NCBI GenBank assembly: GCA_964482955.1
Contig: CAYZZW010000004.1
Span: forward strand, 5,653 to 69,652
Length of the DNA stretch: 64,000 nt
Direction of reading: 5' to 3'
Origin: an uncultured Treponemataceae bacterium
Lineage (GTDB): Bacteria > Spirochaetota > Spirochaetia > Treponematales > UBA12059
The translations under genes and the position numbers were made by a program. Under the pieces are notes generated by a model that saw only the letters and a list, made by a program, of their open reading frames with translations, ran no database searches and had not been told where the DNA came from. Shown in pieces: positions 62,901 to 64,000 of the stretch (position 1 is the stretch's first letter; each line of letters opens with the position of its first letter).

Positions 62901-62944
62901 CGTTGTCGTGGGCGTTCTTCACGTTCCGGCTCAGGGCGAAATAG
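59921..62944 (+). CDS. Large polytopic membrane hypothetical protein (cluster gene 7)
   Basis: Track ORF 59870-62944; the preferred start is ATG 59921, four nt after GGAGGA. The 1007-aa product has a ~430-aa cytoplasmic N-domain, then three TM segments, then a ~350-aa loop domain. Four to five C-terminal TM segments follow. Confidence 0.6.
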   Translation: MLKGFTMELVTAEAAFSRRYAKTASREIRRAERALHALLAPLARKAKGEAVRTPLKYRPGGKPTLALRGGPLARALSLSVGDDGFVSLSRAAAGARREDADVLRFVFLSDYEGDAANQAPALRLRRIKIALFIALADAVLEEKGGPDDEDNVAVRCMMDALYYRAYESDDGLLAEPSGIRRAAAKFFYRFNTAHSALRAAYSDNLARLAGRMRTEEDFLEAWAGCALFSLNLKRQKAQDVEAFVRKAVAYEEGDPEADRELRARSSGISAFMESNLASAFASTIVADLKAAMATTSGEAYRLYERTLFLFERKSYEDIFGVFRRMIDSGYLSSSRDYFLFYRVFAFSRFEAGYPRPGRASVTDAERAATLNRFTYVSSFMNRLVVAEDAFRGGRGRGRRTLRSRLGSFAAFGLALYAVGLALSLVAALALGKRDPDLLAQTVPWLGKGVDALVRSILALDGAKAGALGWALAVGAVLFLGYLAYWIAGTAARALGRGVSKLRSRNLLFFVGVNALSFLVVFGFASELVHWSREPFVREPILYVTNAESVENTRPDPFMENFILDKGLASRYRLVRASVARLNADVASRKGDPAALDAFLSGFDAYAKILFAVAPNRPGIDDYRPEVFEYDPFLVELVRRWKASGAARDLDLVFMYPFRYARPAAFEGFPALERMTVVGCVDERGPLGLGYLPDRLTLPGGRKTDAKLFFLPDETTGKQILEQIKGLRRAQDMKVEQLRSMNVEYYYDFSPKETAAGQEGDPERDALFSPLNVVAYPVADPVRAGSCNAFVYVLPGGGAARAGIANAGRFGVLALDQAYLTMDSDLDAFLEEDFFAARKPKAEDPVDRGAFVATRVAFAVVAFALFALLSSTTARQRLLMALAGAVALLPAALSLVATNGQPFPGASLPPWFFAGWDGTLAIGAMALATLYYLAQVIGLSKNAQCLVYAWSLAAVSVGTAVAGWFAVVDARALRDFLSSAPGLGLSLGLAAATAALSWAFFTFRLRAK

Positions 62945-62953
62945 GGGGACGGC

Positions 62954-64000
62954 ATGACCAGGCTCAAGGAATGCGGCGCGCAGATGGTGGCGCTGGCCGA
63001 CGAGATCGGCAAGGAACTCTTCAACGTCGAGGACACCATCAAGATGGCCGTCCTCACGATCTTCGCGTCGCCCGACGGGCGCTATTCGCACTTCCTCCTC
63101 GAGGCGCCGCCGGGCATGGGCAAGACGGTGCTCTGCAAGACGATCGCGCGATTCTGCAACCTCACCTTCAAGCGCATCCAGCTGACGCCCGACATGCAGC
63201 CCGGCGAGATCGTGATGACGCAGGAACTCGAGATGCAGGAAGGCGGCATGCGCACGAAGCAGGTCTTCGGCCCCGTCTTCACGAACATCCTGCTCGCGGA
63301 CGAGATCAACCGCACGCCGCCGCGCACGCAGTCGTCCATCCTCCAGCCCATGGCCGAGTGCGAGACGACCTACGGCGGCAAGACCTATTACCTCGGCCAC
63401 GAGATGGGCGAACTCGACGCCCTCCGCGGCGACGCGTACAACGAGCGCATCCGGGAACTCTACGAGACCGGCCCGTGGACGAAGCCCGCGCCCTCCGCGC
63501 TCTTCTACGTGTTCGCGACGCAGAACCCGATCGAGAACGAGGGCACCTACCGCCTGCCCGAGGCGCAGCTCGACCGCTTCCTCTTCAAGATGGACCTCGA
63601 CTATCCGGAAGAATCGACCGTCCGCGAGATCCTCAAGCGCAAGGCGGCCGTCGGGCAGTACCTACGCTCGTACTACGAGGCGATGGCGAAGGAATCGGCC
63701 GCGGTCAAGGGCGTCGAGGCCCTGGTCCCGGGCCTGCCGAATCTCGACGACGCGCTCGCGAAGGCGCAGACCGCCTTCATCGCCGAACTCGAACCGCGTC
63801 TTTCTCGGATGTACGACCTGGATCTCCGCGACGAACGCGACGCCGCCTGCGTGCGCGACGAGACGAAGAAGCTCGTCTTCGAAAAGCGGGACTTCCTCAA
63901 GAAGCTCGAGCGGAAGGGCACGCTCGACCCTGCGAAGGTGATCGACATCAGGCGGAGCATGGCGCTCGGCGTCGGCGTGGGAAGCCCGCTCTACTACGAG
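62954..64000 (+). CDS. MoxR-family AAA+ ATPase (cluster gene 8), 3' end outside the window
   Basis: The gene is not in the ORF track because it runs off the right edge. ATG 62954 lies 9 nt after the gene 7 stop codon, preceded by AGGGGGA. Walker A is LLEAPPGMGKT and Walker B is ILLADEINRTPP. The sensor is VFATQNPIE and the Arg-finger region is YRLPEAQLDRFLFK. The frame is open for 349 codons to the window end. Confidence 0.85.
   Translation, partial: MTRLKECGAQMVALADEIGKELFNVEDTIKMAVLTIFASPDGRYSHFLLEAPPGMGKTVLCKTIARFCNLTFKRIQLTPDMQPGEIVMTQELEMQEGGMRTKQVFGPVFTNILLADEINRTPPRTQSSILQPMAECETTYGGKTYYLGHEMGELDALRGDAYNERIRELYETGPWTKPAPSALFYVFATQNPIENEGTYRLPEAQLDRFLFKMDLDYPEESTVREILKRKAAVGQYLRSYYEAMAKESAAVKGVEALVPGLPNLDDALAKAQTAFIAELEPRLSRMYDLDLRDERDAACVRDETKKLVFEKRDFLKKLERKGTLDPAKVIDIRRSMALGVGVGSPLYYE

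Noticed and set aside
59435-63400. 1321-aa minus-strand ORF
   Set aside because: This is an antisense shadow spanning cluster genes 6-8, including their junctions. The plus-strand products have coherent TM topology and AAA+ motifs, whereas this one has none.

Overview
Visibly GC-rich bacterial chromosomal DNA (G+C not computed), almost entirely coding on both strands. I recognised no rRNA, tRNA, transposase, integrase or CRISPR array. GC3 bias fills the six-frame track with long shadow ORFs, so genes were called from catalytic motifs, signal peptides, RBS placement and start/stop coupling (ATGA/GTGA overlaps). Two edge-truncated genes missing from the track were added by hand (1-2785 minus, 62954-64000 plus).

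Content, left to right:
- secreted TPR protein (partial)
- thioester alpha-2-macroglobulin lipoprotein, translationally coupled to PBP1C
- thioredoxin
- YeiH-type transporter
- GAF/HD-GYP phosphodiesterase
- one minus-strand string: lepB, class B PBP with PASTA, Maf/DUF115, cobU, cbiR-like, cobS
- LysM/M23 peptidase
- an AT-rich island with a perfect sigma-54 -24/-12 promoter directly in front of an RpoS-like sigma factor
- MBL hydrolase and two secreted hypotheticals
- a 1375-aa OmpA-family protein (barrel-like N-domain, 8 FlgD-Ig-like repeats, OmpA_C)
- a liv-type ABC importer
- hutH
- a CHASE2 sensor with a degenerate cyclase domain, a FecR-like protein and an 1166-aa TPR protein

From 46.1 kb to the right edge lies an ~18-kb, eight-gene, tightly coupled plus-strand cluster. 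Its exported and membrane proteins are otherwise unassignable: one gluzincin-like HExxH protein, one of 1915 aa, one possible degenerate vWA. It ends in a MoxR-type AAA+ ATPase. This is my best candidate for an undescribed envelope system.

Non-coding highlights:
- three unrelated 18-19-bp tandem arrays of short inverted repeats, each in a divergent promoter region
- a 71-nt near-perfect hairpin
- two 23-bp palindrome-containing direct repeats between two terminators

Several hallmarks are reminiscent of Spirochaetota, but lineage cannot be established without a database search.
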